DNA of 64,000 bases from Sandaracinaceae bacterium (GCA_020633055.1 JACKEJ010000017.1:80760-144759), one strand, 5' to 3'. Positions 32,652 to 44,993 are shown, counted from the first letter of the stretch. A program made the numbers and translations. Notes: generated from the letters alone by a model not told the origin.

Positions 32652-34892
32652 GTGGGCGCGACGGACCCCTCCACGATCACGCCCCCCCACCTCGAGGTGG
32701 GCTCGACGTCCGCAGCGTCGCGCACAGCGCGCGAGGGAGCGCCCGACGAGGGCGCGATCGACGCCATCCTGGCGGCGCCGGTGGAGACGCTGCCGGGCAT
32801 CGGCAAGGTGTCGGGGAAGGCCCTGTCGGAGCGCGGCCTGTCGTCCGTCGGCGACCTCGTCTGGTTGCTCCCCCGCCGCTACGACGATCGACGTCTGGTG
32901 ACGCCCATCGGTCGGCTCACGCCGGGAGCACGCCTGCTGACGGAGGGCGTCGTGCGGACGGTCACGCAACCGCCTCCGCGAGGACGCAAACGGCTGAGCG
33001 AGGTGCGCCTCGTGCCACGGCCGTCCGACCCCAGTGGTCACTATGGGCAGCTGCGATTGGTCTGGTTCCACGGGCTTCCGGGCCTCGCGCAGCGCTTCCC
33101 GGTGGGGGCCACCGTGCGCGTCTTCGGCCGCGTGGACGAGCACCGCGGGGTGCTCACCATCGCCCACCCCGAGCTCCCGAACGAGGCGGGGGCCATCGTC
33201 CCGCGCTATCCCGCCATCCCGGGCGTCACGCCTGCGGCTCTGCGCAAGGCGCTCGCCGCGGCGCTCGAGCGCGTCGGCGCGTTCGTGCCTGACATCATCC
33301 CCGACGCGGTCCGCGACCGAGGGGCGTTGGGCCCGGTGGGGGTCGCGCTCGCCGCGCTGCACGCGCCTCCGGCCGACCTGGACCCAGACGCGCTGGTCAC
33401 GTGGAACGCCGGGGACACCGAGCACCACGGTCGCCTCGCGATCGAGGAGCTGTTCCTGCTCGAGCTCGCGCTCCAGCAGCGCAGGGCCGACGAGGCTGGG
33501 CTGCCCGCCCGCGCATGTGTCGCGCCAGCCGACGTTTGCCGTGCGGACGAGGGGAAGCTCCCCTTCTCGCTCACGGAGGATCAACGGCGCGTGCTGGGCG
33601 ACGTGCGCCGGGACCTGGCGGCCACGACTCCCATGCGCCGCATGCTCCAAGGTGAAGTGGGCAGCGGCAAGACCGCTGTCGCGCTGCTGGCCAGCGCGCA
33701 GGTCGCCCACGTCGGCGCTCAGATCGCCTGGCTCGTACCCACCGAGGTGCTCGCGGAGCAGCACTTTCGGGGCATCACACGCCTGGCGGAGCCGATGGGG
33801 CTGCGGCCCGTGCTGATGGCGGGCAAGCTCCGCGCGCGCGAGCGGCGTGAGCGGCTCGCCTCGATCGCCAGCGGTGAGGCGAACATCATCGTCGGCACGC
33901 ATGCCCTCTTGGGGGAGGCCGTCCAGTTCGACGACCTGGCCGCCGTGGTCGTCGACGAGCAGCACCGCTTCGGGGTCGCGCAGCGCTTGCAGCTGGTCGA
34001 CAAGGCTGGCGGACGCGCGCCGCACCTCCTGGTCATGACGGCGACGCCCATCCCGCGCAGCTTGGCGTTGGCGCTCTACGGCGACCTCGAGGTCAGCACC
34101 ATGCGCGGCCTGCCGCCGGGCCGGAAGCCCATCATCACGAAGCGCTACGCGTCGTCCGGGCGGGGGGAGGCATACCGCCAGCTCGAGCGTGCGCTGGCGT
34201 CTGGCGGGCGCGCGTTCGTCGTGTGCCCGACCATCGCCCCAGCGTCGGCGCGCGGGCGGGAAGACGACGACGAGGAGCAGGACCCATCCGGCCGCGGGGT
34301 CGTCGCGGTTCATCAGGAGCTGAGCGCCCGCTTGGACGTCCCTGTGGCCATGCTGCACGCCAAGCTCGACCGCGAAGCGCGCGCGGAGGCCCTGGGTGCG
34401 TTTGCGGACGGGCGCGTCACGGTGCTGGTCGCGACGACCATCGTCGAAGTGGGCGTGGACGTGCCCGAGGCGAACGTCATCGTCGTGGAAGATGCCGACC
34501 GCTTCGGCCTGGCGCAGCTCCACCAGCTGCGTGGGCGGGTGGGGCGCGGTGAGCGCCAGAGCGCATGCCTGCTGGTGCACGCGGACGCGCTCACCCCGGA
34601 CGCGGAGCTTCGTCTCGCGGCCATGTGCGCCACCACCGATGGCTTCGAGCTCGCGGAGCGGGACCTCGCCATCCGTGGCCCTGGGCAGCTCTTTGGGGTT
34701 CGCCAGGCGGGCGCCGCGGGGTTCCGCTTCGCCGATCTGTTTCGGGACCTCGAGCGCTTGGAGCTCGCGCGGTCCTTGGCGCGCGCGCTCCACGCGGACG
34801 ACCCGTCGCTGTCGGCGCCGCACCATGCGCGGGCGCGGCACGCCGTGCGCCGGGTGCTCGAGCAGGCCATCGTGGCGGAGGAGTCCGGATGA
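32652..34892 (+). CDS. recG: ATP-dependent DNA helicase RecG
   Basis: 'MRRMLQGEVGSGKTAVA' (Walker A), 'VVDEQHRFG' (DEQH), 'LVMTATPIPRS', 'QLHQLRGRVGRG'. N-terminal wedge-domain region. Confidence 0.93.
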   Translation: MGATDPSTITPPHLEVGSTSAASRTAREGAPDEGAIDAILAAPVETLPGIGKVSGKALSERGLSSVGDLVWLLPRRYDDRRLVTPIGRLTPGARLLTEGVVRTVTQPPPRGRKRLSEVRLVPRPSDPSGHYGQLRLVWFHGLPGLAQRFPVGATVRVFGRVDEHRGVLTIAHPELPNEAGAIVPRYPAIPGVTPAALRKALAAALERVGAFVPDIIPDAVRDRGALGPVGVALAALHAPPADLDPDALVTWNAGDTEHHGRLAIEELFLLELALQQRRADEAGLPARACVAPADVCRADEGKLPFSLTEDQRRVLGDVRRDLAATTPMRRMLQGEVGSGKTAVALLASAQVAHVGAQIAWLVPTEVLAEQHFRGITRLAEPMGLRPVLMAGKLRARERRERLASIASGEANIIVGTHALLGEAVQFDDLAAVVVDEQHRFGVAQRLQLVDKAGGRAPHLLVMTATPIPRSLALALYGDLEVSTMRGLPPGRKPIITKRYASSGRGEAYRQLERALASGGRAFVVCPTIAPASARGREDDDEEQDPSGRGVVAVHQELSARLDVPVAMLHAKLDREARAEALGAFADGRVTVLVATTIVEVGVDVPEANVIVVEDADRFGLAQLHQLRGRVGRGERQSACLLVHADALTPDAELRLAAMCATTDGFELAERDLAIRGPGQLFGVRQAGAAGFRFADLFRDLERLELARSLARALHADDPSLSAPHHARARHAVRRVLEQAIVAEESG

Positions 34893-37800
34893 CCGCGAGC
34901 GAGCCACCCCGCGGCCCGACCTGGGCGCCCCGCGTGTTGCTGGCGGGCGTGCTCGTCTCCGCGCTCGACATCGGCCTCGCCGTCGCGACGCCGACCTGGT
35001 CACTGTTCCTGGGACAGGCTGAGCGCCACACCTTCGTGGCACTGGCGCTCACGGCTGGTGTGGGAGGCGCGGCCGCTTGCTACGCGCTCGGACACGCGCT
35101 CGCCCGCGTCGCCCCAGACGCCGAGGGGCGCGCGCGGCTGCTGTGTGTGATCGTGTTCGCGCTCGCCACCGTGGTGCTCTACCTGCTGACCTCGGGGCGT
35201 CGGGTGCACGACTCCCCCCTGCGCGTCCCCCTGGTGTCCCTGGTAGCCGCCATCCCAGCCTTTACCGTGCTGAAGCTGGGCGCGCGCTTCGATGCCCGAG
35301 CGCGCGCGGGCGGGAGCGCGACGTTGGCGCTCGGGGTGCTCGCCCTCGCTCTGGCTGCGGGCGTGGCCGACGCGTTCCTGCTGCGGCGCCTGTACCCCGT
35401 GTTCCACGGCACGCTCGCCGCTCTCGTGCTGGTGTTCGTGTCGGTCGCGACGTGGCTCGCCCCCCTCCGCGACCGACGCTCCTCTCCGCGCCTGCTGGCA
35501 GTGCTCGTCGGCGTCGCGTTGCTTGGTCTGCCCATGGCGGTGTGGCGTGCCCTGAGCGCCCCCAACGTGGCGTTCGTCGTCGCGGAGTACACGGGGGTCA
35601 GCGGTCGGACGCTGCAGCTGGCCGAGCGGCTCCTGACCTTCGCGAACACACGGGGCGACGCGACGGACGACCTCACGGGCCCACGGCAGGGGGACGCTGC
35701 GTCCGAGATGGATGCGCCGGACCTGCGCACCGGGCTGCGCCTGACGTCCCGCAACGTGTTGCTGATCACGGTGGACGCGCTCCGCGCGGACCGCCTGCGC
35801 AGTCCCCGTCACGCGACACCGCAGCTGGACGCGCTTGCGGACGAGTCCGCGGTGTTCGAGCGCGCTTATACGCCCACGCCACACACCAGCTATGCGCTGT
35901 CCAGCCTGCTGACGGGGAAGTACCTGAGGCCCGTGCTGGACCTGCCGGGCGCGCCCTCCACGCACGTCGCGTTGCCCGAATTGCTGCGTCGCTATGGGAT
36001 GCGCACAGCCGCGTTCTACCCACCCGCCATCTTCTTCGTCGATGCCCATCGCTTCGAGGCGTTGCGCGAGGCGCGCTTCGGGTTCGAGTACCAGAAGGAG
36101 ATGTTCGCCCCCGCGCACCGGCGCGTCCGGCAGCTGCGCGAGTACCTGCAATCGCTGGAGCAGGAGGGGGGAGGCGAGCGCGACGTCTTCGCGTGGGTGC
36201 ATCTGTTCGAGCCGCACGAGCCCTACGATCCAGACCCGCGCTTCGCCCGCGGCGACTCCGCCGAGGAGCGCTACGACGCCGAAGTGGCCGCGGCGGACGA
36301 CGCCATCGGTGACCTCGTGCGCGTGTTCCGGCGCTACCGCCCCGGGGCGACGGTCATCGTGACGGCGGACCACGGCGAGGAGTTCGGCGACCACGGTGGG
36401 CTCTACCATGGGTCCACGCTGTACGAGGAGCAGGTCCGGGTGCCGCTCCTGTGGTCCACTCCCGAGCTCGTTCATCCGTTCGAGAGCCACGCGCCCGTCG
36501 AGCTGGTGGACATCGCCACCACGATCCTCGCGGCGCTGGGGATCCCGCGGGACGCACGCATGCGCGGGGACGACTTGGGCCCGCTGTTGGTCCATCAGGA
36601 GGGAGGACCGCGCTATGCATTTGCCGAGGTCGGCGACGCGCGCATGGTCACCGACGGATTGTACAAGGCCATCTGCGCGACCGAGTCCACCGCTTGTCAG
36701 CTCTATGATCTCACGCGCGACCCGGGCGAGCGGCGGAACGTCGCCCACTCGCACCCCGAGGTCCTCGCGCGGCTGCGTGGGGCGCTGAGCGGCTTCGTGG
36801 CGAGCATCCCCGATGTGGAGGCCATGGCGATGGCGGGTTCTCAGGCGTGGCCCGAGGCGTTGGCGCGCGCGGAGCTCGGAGACGCGTCGGTGGCGCCCGA
36901 GCTGATGCCGTTGTTGGGCGACACACGCGCGACCGTGCGGGCGGGGACCGCCCGTCTGCTGGGGCGCCTCCGCCACCTGCCAGCGCTGCACACGCTGATC
37001 CGCATCCGTGACCAGGACGATGACCAGGCCGTGCGAGACGAAGCCGCGCTCGCCTCCCTCGCGCTCGGCGACGAAGGCAGCTCTGGGCTCGTGCGCGCGC
37101 TGGTCTCCCGGCCCGACACCAGCCTGGAGCTGCGGCGTCGTGGCGCCCTCGTGCTGGCCGCACGTGGGGACCGCGCTGGCGCGTCAGTCCTCGACGCATG
37201 GGCCGCGGACGCGAGCGCAGAAGAGGGCGAGCGGCGTTCTGCTGTCCTGGCCCTCGGCGCGCTGCGCGCCGCCGCATCCCTCGATACGCTCGTCACCCTG
37301 CTCAGCGACGTGCGGCTGGGACCAGCGGCCGCGACGGCCCTCGGGATGCTCGGCGATCGGAGGGCAGTGGGCCCGCTGCGGCGCAAGCTGCGCGACGAGC
37401 GTTACCTCCCGGCGCGCGCGGCGGAGGCTCGGGCGCTGACCGAGCTCGGCGACCGGGCGGTGATTCCGCTGCTCTGGCGCTACCTCGGCATGGAGCAGCC
37501 GGTGCCGGGCGGCGTCGCGCTGCTCGGGCAGCTGGGCGTCCTGCGCCGCCCGAGCGGACGCGGGCTGGTGCTGGGCGACGCCCCCGGTGCGCGGGTCGGT
37601 GAGTGGGTCTGCGCGGAGGAGGGCTGCGAGCCTCGCACCGACGCGCGCGTCGTGCTGCCGTCCAGCGGGGCTCCCCGCGGTGCGGTGCGTGTGGTGTGCG
37701 CAGTACGCTCGGAGCGCGAGGCTGTGCTGACGCTGCTCGACGTACGACGTGAGGTTCAGGCGGGGTCTTCGCAGGTCACGGTAGACGCCACGGGGCCGCT

Positions 37801-37921
37801 GGAGGTGTTGTCGTTCGCCCCTGCCGTCGGCGTCACGGTGGACGCGTGCGTGGTCGCTCCTGCACAGCGGGAGCTGCCCGCCCCTCCGCCCGAGCCCACT
37901 CCTGCGACGCCTCGCCCATAG
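34889..37921 (+). CDS. Polytopic membrane protein with a sulfatase-like domain and HEAT repeats, paralogue of 13028-16375 (1010 aa)
   Basis: ATG at 34889 overlaps the recG TGA (ATGA). Hydrophobic N-terminus. 'LLITVDALRADRL', 'TADHGEEFGDHGGLYHGSTLYEEQVRVPL'. HEAT-like 'DTRATVRAGTARLLGRL', 'AAATALGMLGDRRAVGPL'. Confidence 0.85.
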   Translation: MTASEPPRGPTWAPRVLLAGVLVSALDIGLAVATPTWSLFLGQAERHTFVALALTAGVGGAAACYALGHALARVAPDAEGRARLLCVIVFALATVVLYLLTSGRRVHDSPLRVPLVSLVAAIPAFTVLKLGARFDARARAGGSATLALGVLALALAAGVADAFLLRRLYPVFHGTLAALVLVFVSVATWLAPLRDRRSSPRLLAVLVGVALLGLPMAVWRALSAPNVAFVVAEYTGVSGRTLQLAERLLTFANTRGDATDDLTGPRQGDAASEMDAPDLRTGLRLTSRNVLLITVDALRADRLRSPRHATPQLDALADESAVFERAYTPTPHTSYALSSLLTGKYLRPVLDLPGAPSTHVALPELLRRYGMRTAAFYPPAIFFVDAHRFEALREARFGFEYQKEMFAPAHRRVRQLREYLQSLEQEGGGERDVFAWVHLFEPHEPYDPDPRFARGDSAEERYDAEVAAADDAIGDLVRVFRRYRPGATVIVTADHGEEFGDHGGLYHGSTLYEEQVRVPLLWSTPELVHPFESHAPVELVDIATTILAALGIPRDARMRGDDLGPLLVHQEGGPRYAFAEVGDARMVTDGLYKAICATESTACQLYDLTRDPGERRNVAHSHPEVLARLRGALSGFVASIPDVEAMAMAGSQAWPEALARAELGDASVAPELMPLLGDTRATVRAGTARLLGRLRHLPALHTLIRIRDQDDDQAVRDEAALASLALGDEGSSGLVRALVSRPDTSLELRRRGALVLAARGDRAGASVLDAWAADASAEEGERRSAVLALGALRAAASLDTLVTLLSDVRLGPAAATALGMLGDRRAVGPLRRKLRDERYLPARAAEARALTELGDRAVIPLLWRYLGMEQPVPGGVALLGQLGVLRRPSGRGLVLGDAPGARVGEWVCAEEGCEPRTDARVVLPSSGAPRGAVRVVCAVRSEREAVLTLLDVRREVQAGSSQVTVDATGPLEVLSFAPAVGVTVDACVVAPAQRELPAPPPEPTPATPRP

Positions 37922-38083
37922 CCGGGTGTCGTCTCATGCGACGCGCGCGCCCTCGTCACCGCTACACCATGGCGTGGCAGCGTCTTGCAGGGCGTCGTGC
38001 GCTTCTGACCCCAATGCCCGCCCGCCCGCCTGCACCGACGCCTAGAGCTCAGCGCGTGGCCGCGGGAGGGCGGCGGGGCCCAG

Positions 38084-38899
38084 TCAGTCCACGAACGCCC
38101 CACGGTATCGGTCGATCTCGCCAGCGACCACCCCCGGCGCAGCGGCGAGGTCGTCCTCGGAGATGACCAGCGGGTCGGCTCCCGCTCGCTCGACGACCAA
38201 CGACGTCACGCGGTGAGCCCCCCGTAGTGTGTCCCAGCCAGCTCGCTCGGCGAGGGCGACCTCGCGGACATCCCGCCAGGCAGCGCTGCGCGCACCTCGC
38301 GCATCACGGACGATGAGCGCCTCGGGCGTGAGCACCAACGCCACCCCGCGCCGCGCCCGCCAGGTCGCACGGCCTCGCAGCCAGAAGAGCGCGAGGGGAG
38401 CGCACGCGAGCGCCGTCGCGCCGAGCGTCCAGGGGGCACGGAGCAGCGGGACCGCCAGCGCGTGGACGCCGAGCAAGACCCCGAACACGACCCCTGCGTA
38501 CGGAGCGCGCCACCACGCCCCCCGTCCGCTCGGAACGATGCGGCAGTCAGGGTGGCGCCCGGGGTCGTCCACGACGTCGTCGAAGCGCTGCGCGGGCGGG
38601 ACGCGCATGCGTGGCGCGTCGGGCGGGGCCCCCCGCTCCGCAGTCGTGCTCGGTGCGAGCTGGTCGACAGGGGTCGTCTCCCTCAGCGTCGTCGCCATGA
38701 GGCGCGCACGGCGCCGCACGGCCAGGGAGGCGCCAACCCGCACTAGCGCCAGGGAGGCCGCAAAGTGGAGGCCGAGGGACAGCGCGTCGACCGGCGCGCC
38801 CTGAGCGACACGCGCCACGGACGTGCCGGCGCAAAGCAGCAGCACCGCGAGCGCGCTCAGGGGAGGCGCTTGGTCACTGGGCGTCGGCACACTGGGCAT
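38084..38899 (-). CDS. Hypothetical membrane protein with a C-terminal bacterial PH-like region
   Basis: Several hydrophobic helices. C-terminal 'LVLTPEALIVRDARGARSAAWRDVREVAL'. Start uncertain (ORF extends to 39013). Confidence 0.5.
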   Translation of the reverse strand: MPSVPTPSDQAPPLSALAVLLLCAGTSVARVAQGAPVDALSLGLHFAASLALVRVGASLAVRRRARLMATTLRETTPVDQLAPSTTAERGAPPDAPRMRVPPAQRFDDVVDDPGRHPDCRIVPSGRGAWWRAPYAGVVFGVLLGVHALAVPLLRAPWTLGATALACAPLALFWLRGRATWRARRGVALVLTPEALIVRDARGARSAAWRDVREVALAERAGWDTLRGAHRVTSLVVERAGADPLVISEDDLAAAPGVVAGEIDRYRGAFVD

Positions 38900-39248
38900 G
38901 GACGGTGCCGGCGGCGGCAGCGCAGTGCTGCACGAGGCGGTCGAGGCGCGCTTCGAGGTCCGCGTCGCGCACTCCCTCCGCGTCGGCGCGGGCCTGGGCC
39001 ACCTCTGCGCCACATCGTTCAGCCGCTCCCTGCCGTTCCGAGCAGCCTAGCGTCCCATCCTGAGCGCGGGCGCCGAGCTCGCTGACGCGCGCCTCGTGCA
39101 CCTGGAGTGTGCGGAAGTCGGGGGCGGCGGCCGGTCGCTGCGACGCCCCGCAGGCGAGGGAGCACGCCATCGCGAGGGACATCGCGGTAGCGCGCAGAGG
39201 AGGGTCGCGACGGGGACGACGCTGAGACGGTGGGCGCATGGCGCTCAT
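38874..39248 (-). CDS. Possible small secreted/lipoprotein (103-124 aa)
   Basis: ORF with the signal-like N-terminus 'RRPRRDPPLRATAMSLAMACSLACGASQ'. Weak lipobox and no domain. Confidence 0.3.
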   Translation of the reverse strand: MSAMRPPSQRRPRRDPPLRATAMSLAMACSLACGASQRPAAAPDFRTLQVHEARVSELGARAQDGTLGCSERQGAAERCGAEVAQARADAEGVRDADLEARLDRLVQHCAAAAGTVHAQCADAQ

Positions 39249-39421
39249 GAGTCCCGTCGGTAGTCGACATGCGCTCCCGGATCAAGAGCGCACGCGAGGG
39301 TTCGGGTCCTCGGGGTCCGACAGGCGCCGCCGGAGCGGCGCCGCTGGCGCGGGCGTATTCGCCGCAATTGCGGTGCCGGGCGCGAGCTGCTACCCTCCGC
39401 GACCCAATCACTGGAGTATCC

Positions 39422-39664
39422 ATGGCCCGCGTCACCGTCGAAGATTGCCTCGAGCACGAAGAGAACCGTTTCGCCCTGGTGGTGCTGGCTGCCCGCCGCA
39501 CGCGTGAGCTCATGAAGGGCGCGCCCGCCCTCGTCGCCAGCAAGAACCGCCCCGCCGTCACGGCCCTGCGCGAAATCGCGAAGCAGCGCGTGTCGTTTGC
39601 GACCCCCGTGAAGGACGCGGTCGACGTCTACATCGCCGAAACGAAGGCCGCCGAGGGCGCCTGA
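39422..39664 (+). CDS. rpoZ: DNA-directed RNA polymerase subunit omega
   Basis: '[33 protein letters not shown]' is the canonical RpoZ N-terminus. Confidence 0.9.
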   Translation: MARVTVEDCLEHEENRFALVVLAARRTRELMKGAPALVASKNRPAVTALREIAKQRVSFATPVKDAVDVYIAETKAAEGA

Positions 39665-39734
39665 GCCCAGCCAGGGGCGGCGCGACCTGCGGAGCTTCGG
39701 CTCATCCTTTGGTCGAAGCCGAGAGCAGGAAGAG

Positions 39735-39758
39735 AGCGGCCCCCTGGGCCGCTTTTTT
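39735..39758 (+). terminator. Rho-independent terminator after rpoZ
   Basis: Stem AGCGGCCC / GGGCCGCT (8 bp, 3-nt loop) whose 3' end runs into a T6 tract, 70 nt after the rpoZ stop. Confidence 0.6.
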
Positions 39759-39903
39759 CGTGTGCGCGTGACGGACCGGAAGCAGCGCGGATGGCACGTC
39801 GCGTGGACTCACGCCGAGAAAACGAGCGCGTGGCGCTTGCAGCTTTACTTCCACCCGCCGCGGTCGTTACCATCGCGGCTCTCGCAGCTCGCTTTGCGCT
39901 TAC

Positions 39904-41670
<1,767 letters not shown>

Positions 41671-41860
41671 GCCGGGCGCGGCGTGGTGGCCAACGCGGGC
41701 CGCAGGGGCGCCGCCCGGAAGCCGCGTCACGTGGTGCTCTCCAGTGTGGCCACCAGAGGGGCTCGTGACACGGTGTGGCAGCTCGTCCGGGTCCGCGTAG
41801 TGAGCGACCTCGGCCTCTTCTCCGCTAGCCGCCGCCGCGTATCCAAGCTACCTCTACGGC

Positions 41861-42811
41861 GTGGCACACCTCGACTTCGAGAAACCGCTGGTGGAGTTGG
41901 AGCGGCGCATCCAGGAGCTGCGTGCGGCGGCAGGACCAGGCGATGACGTCTCCGCCGAGGTCAACGCGCTCCTGTCCCACGCACAGAGCCTTCAGCGCGA
42001 GCTGTACGCAGAGCTCAGCGAGTGGCAGAAGGTCCAGCTCAGCCGGCACCCCGAGCGGCCGTACTTCCTGGACTACTTGGGGGCCATCTTCGACGACTTC
42101 CTGGAGCTGCACGGGGACCGCGCGTTCTCGGACGACCCAGCCATCGTCAGCGGCTTCGCGCGCCTCGATGGGCGGGCCGTCGCCGTCATCGGCCACCAGA
42201 AGGGGCGCACCACGAAGGAGAAGGTGCGTCGCAACTTCGGTATGGCCCACCCCGAGGGGTACCGAAAGGCGGTGCGCATCATGGAGCTGGCGGGTCGCTT
42301 CGGCCGCCCCGTGTTCACGTTCATCGACACCCCCGGGGCCTATCCCGGGATCGGCGCCGAGGAGCGCGGGCAAGGCGAGGCGATCGGCCAAGCGCTGCTC
42401 AGCATGTCGAGGTTGCCCGTGCCCGTGGTGGCCACGGTCATCGGGGAGGGGGGGTCGGGTGGCGCGCTGGGTCTCGGCGTGGCCAACCGCGTCCTCATGC
42501 TCGAGTACGCCACCTACAGTGTCATCACGCCGGAGGGCTGCGCGTCCATCCTCTGGCGAGACGGGGCCGAGGCACCCAAGGCGGCCGAGCAATTGAAGCT
42601 GCTCGCTTCGCACGCGCTGAAGAACGGCATTGTCGACGAGCTCGTCCGAGAGCCGCCAGGCGGGGCCCATCGCGACCCCACACAAGCCGCCCAAGCGCTG
42701 GGCGAGGCGCTGCGCCAGCATCTCGCGGAGCTGGACGGGCTGCCGGGACCAGAGCTCGTCGCGCAGCGCTACGCACGCTTCCGTGGCATCGGTCCCGTCG
42801 TCGGCGCGTGA
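41861..42811 (+). CDS. accA: Acetyl-CoA carboxylase carboxyltransferase subunit alpha
   Basis: GTG start. 'LDFEKPLVELERRIQELR', 'RHPERPYFLDY', 'FIDTPGAYPGIGAEERGQGEAI', 'IGEGGSGGALG'. Confidence 0.95.
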   Translation: MAHLDFEKPLVELERRIQELRAAAGPGDDVSAEVNALLSHAQSLQRELYAELSEWQKVQLSRHPERPYFLDYLGAIFDDFLELHGDRAFSDDPAIVSGFARLDGRAVAVIGHQKGRTTKEKVRRNFGMAHPEGYRKAVRIMELAGRFGRPVFTFIDTPGAYPGIGAEERGQGEAIGQALLSMSRLPVPVVATVIGEGGSGGALGLGVANRVLMLEYATYSVITPEGCASILWRDGAEAPKAAEQLKLLASHALKNGIVDELVREPPGGAHRDPTQAAQALGEALRQHLAELDGLPGPELVAQRYARFRGIGPVVGA

Positions 42812-42879
42812 CGGGCGCGCAGCCTGCGGCCCGATGTGCCGCCGCGCTTTTTTGACGGGCCCGGCGCGCAGTCCTTACG

Positions 42880-43935
42880 ATGTCTCCCAGGTGGCCCGGC
42901 GGCTGCCTCGGGATCAACGTGACTCGACTTCTCGCACTTGCGCTCCTCCTCGCGCTCGGCACTGGCTGCGGCGCCACCTCTGCTCGGCGTGGTGGGACCG
43001 TGCCCGACGGTGCGGACGCGCAGATTGCCGAGCTGGAGGAGGCGCGGCGACAGCAGGACGAAGAGATTCGTGCCCTGCGTAGCGAGCTCGCGCTTGCCCG
43101 CAGCGAGGCCGAGTCTCTGCGGACGGCCCAGGCGACCCAGCGCGTAGCGACCATCAGCATCCGGGCGAATGGTGCCGCGGCCGATGACGGGGCTGTGCCC
43201 TCTCAGTTCTCCGGCAGCAGCGACACCGACGGCGGCGCAGCGTGGATCGAGCCCGACGCCGGCGAGGTGGTCGTCGACGAGACCCCTCGTGGGGATGGTC
43301 CGCGTCCAGTTCTGCGCGTGCGTGGCGTTCCGAGCGCCGACATCCCGACCACGGTCATCCCGGAGGGGGCGGCGCCACCAGGCTTCGCGCCGAGCGCCGA
43401 GCGCGCACCGCTGCCGACCACGCAGGGACCGGAGGTCCCCGTGCCGCCGATTCCCGTGAACCCGCCGAGCGCCCCCCCGCCGTCATTTGGCGCGCCGCTC
43501 CCGGCGACCGTCGCGGCGGGTGGAGCCCTCACCCCAGTCGCGCCCGAGCCGCGCGTGCAGGCTCCCGACGTCGCCGTCGTCTCGTACCGGGCGGCGCTCG
43601 GGATGCTCCGAGACCGCGAATACGCGCAGGCGGTCGAGGGCTTCGACTCCTTCCTGGCGACCCACGCCCAGCATCCTTACGCGGCCAATGCGCGCTACTG
43701 GCGCGCGGAGGCTCTCTACGCACAGCGACGATACCGCGACGCCCTCCACGCGTTCGAGGTGTTCGTGCAGCGTCACGGCGGCCACTCGAAGGTCGCGGAC
43801 GCGCTGCTCAAGATGGGTCTGTGCCACGCTCGCAGCGGCGACACAGGTCGCGCCAGGGCTCTGTTTCAGCGGGTGCAGCAGGAGTACCCGGACACCGTCG
43901 CGGCGCGCATCGCATCGCGGGAGGAAGCGTCATGA
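42880..43935 (+). CDS. YbgF/CpoB-like Tol-Pal-associated TPR lipoprotein (coiled-coil N-terminus, Pro-rich linker, C-terminal TPR)
   Basis: 'LLALALLLALGTGCG' lipobox. Coiled coil 'QIAELEEARRQQDEEIRALRSELA'. C-terminal 'YRAALGMLRDREYAQAVEGFDSFLATHAQHPYAANARYWRAEALYAQRRY...ALLKMGLC'. Confidence 0.75.
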   Translation: MSPRWPGGCLGINVTRLLALALLLALGTGCGATSARRGGTVPDGADAQIAELEEARRQQDEEIRALRSELALARSEAESLRTAQATQRVATISIRANGAAADDGAVPSQFSGSSDTDGGAAWIEPDAGEVVVDETPRGDGPRPVLRVRGVPSADIPTTVIPEGAAPPGFAPSAERAPLPTTQGPEVPVPPIPVNPPSAPPPSFGAPLPATVAAGGALTPVAPEPRVQAPDVAVVSYRAALGMLRDREYAQAVEGFDSFLATHAQHPYAANARYWRAEALYAQRRYRDALHAFEVFVQRHGGHSKVADALLKMGLCHARSGDTGRARALFQRVQQEYPDTVAARIASREEAS

Positions 43936-44993
43936 AGTCCTATCGCCGTATCGCGCTCGTCCTCGCGTTGCTTGGCGCCCCAGTGACATGGGTCTCGATC
44001 TCGACCGGCATCGTGCGGGCTCAGCGTCAGAGCGTACGCGTCGTCGGCGGCGGAGGCCCGGTCCCGGACGTCCACGTGGTTCGCACCGGGGATACGTTGT
44101 GGGACATCTCGGGCCGGTATCACGGCAACCCGTGGGAGTGGCCGCGCATCTGGTCCTACAACCCCGAGATCACGAACCCACACTGGATCTACCCGAGTGA
44201 CCACGTGCGGCTTCGGCCGGGCGGCGTGGTCGACGCGTCTTCGCCGACGATTCAGCGCCGGCCCCGCGTCGCCGGCGGGACCATCTGGCTGCGCGACCAG
44301 GGCTACTTGGACACCGAGGCGCGCGAGCGCTCCGGCGTGATCGTGGGATCACGCGAAGACCAGATGCTCCTCACCGAGTACGACGAGGTCTACGTCCGCT
44401 TCGGGGAGGGGGTGACGCCAACGCCGGGCCGCAGCTACACCGTCTACCGCAACATCCGCAATGGTGAGCGCTCGGACAACGACAGCGGCGTCCTCGTGCG
44501 CGTGCTCGGCACGGTGCGACTGACTGACTACGACGCCGACCGCCAGCTCGGGCGCGCGACCATCACGGAGTCTCTGGAGCCCATCGAGCGCGGCTTCCTG
44601 ATCGCCGAGATCGACAGGAACTTCTCCGTGGTGCCGCCCCGCGTGAACGCGACGGACGTCGACGCGACGATCGTCGCGCTCCTCCAGCCCACCGTGTTCC
44701 TTGCGGACCAGCAGCTCGGGTTTCTGGACAAGGGCAGCGCCGAAGGGGTCGAGCTGGGAAACCGTTTCTCCATCGTCCGCGCGGGCGACGAGTGGCGCGC
44801 GAGCCGCCCCGGGCACCGGACGGATCTCGGTGAGACCGTCCCCGACACGGAGCGCCCGGACGAGTACCCGGACGAGGTCGTGGCCGAGGCCCGCGTGGTG
44901 CAGGTGCGTGAACACACCTGCACCGTGATGATGACGACGTCGATCCGGGCGGTGGAGGTCGGTGATCGGGCGCAGATGCGCCGCGGCTTCTGA
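43932..44993 (+). CDS. LysM-domain peptidoglycan-binding protein
   Basis: ATGA overlap with the upstream gene. Signal peptide 'MKSYRRIALVLALLGAP'. LysM 'HVVRTGDTLWDISGRYHGNPWEWPRIWSYNPEITNPHWIYPSDHVRL'. Confidence 0.75.
   Translation: MKSYRRIALVLALLGAPVTWVSISTGIVRAQRQSVRVVGGGGPVPDVHVVRTGDTLWDISGRYHGNPWEWPRIWSYNPEITNPHWIYPSDHVRLRPGGVVDASSPTIQRRPRVAGGTIWLRDQGYLDTEARERSGVIVGSREDQMLLTEYDEVYVRFGEGVTPTPGRSYTVYRNIRNGERSDNDSGVLVRVLGTVRLTDYDADRQLGRATITESLEPIERGFLIAEIDRNFSVVPPRVNATDVDATIVALLQPTVFLADQQLGFLDKGSAEGVELGNRFSIVRAGDEWRASRPGHRTDLGETVPDTERPDEYPDEVVAEARVVQVREHTCTVMMTTSIRAVEVGDRAQMRRGF

Noticed and set aside
32580-35042. 820-aa - strand ORF opposite recG
   Set aside because: The recG helicase motifs on the + strand are unambiguous. 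The antisense translation is low-complexity.
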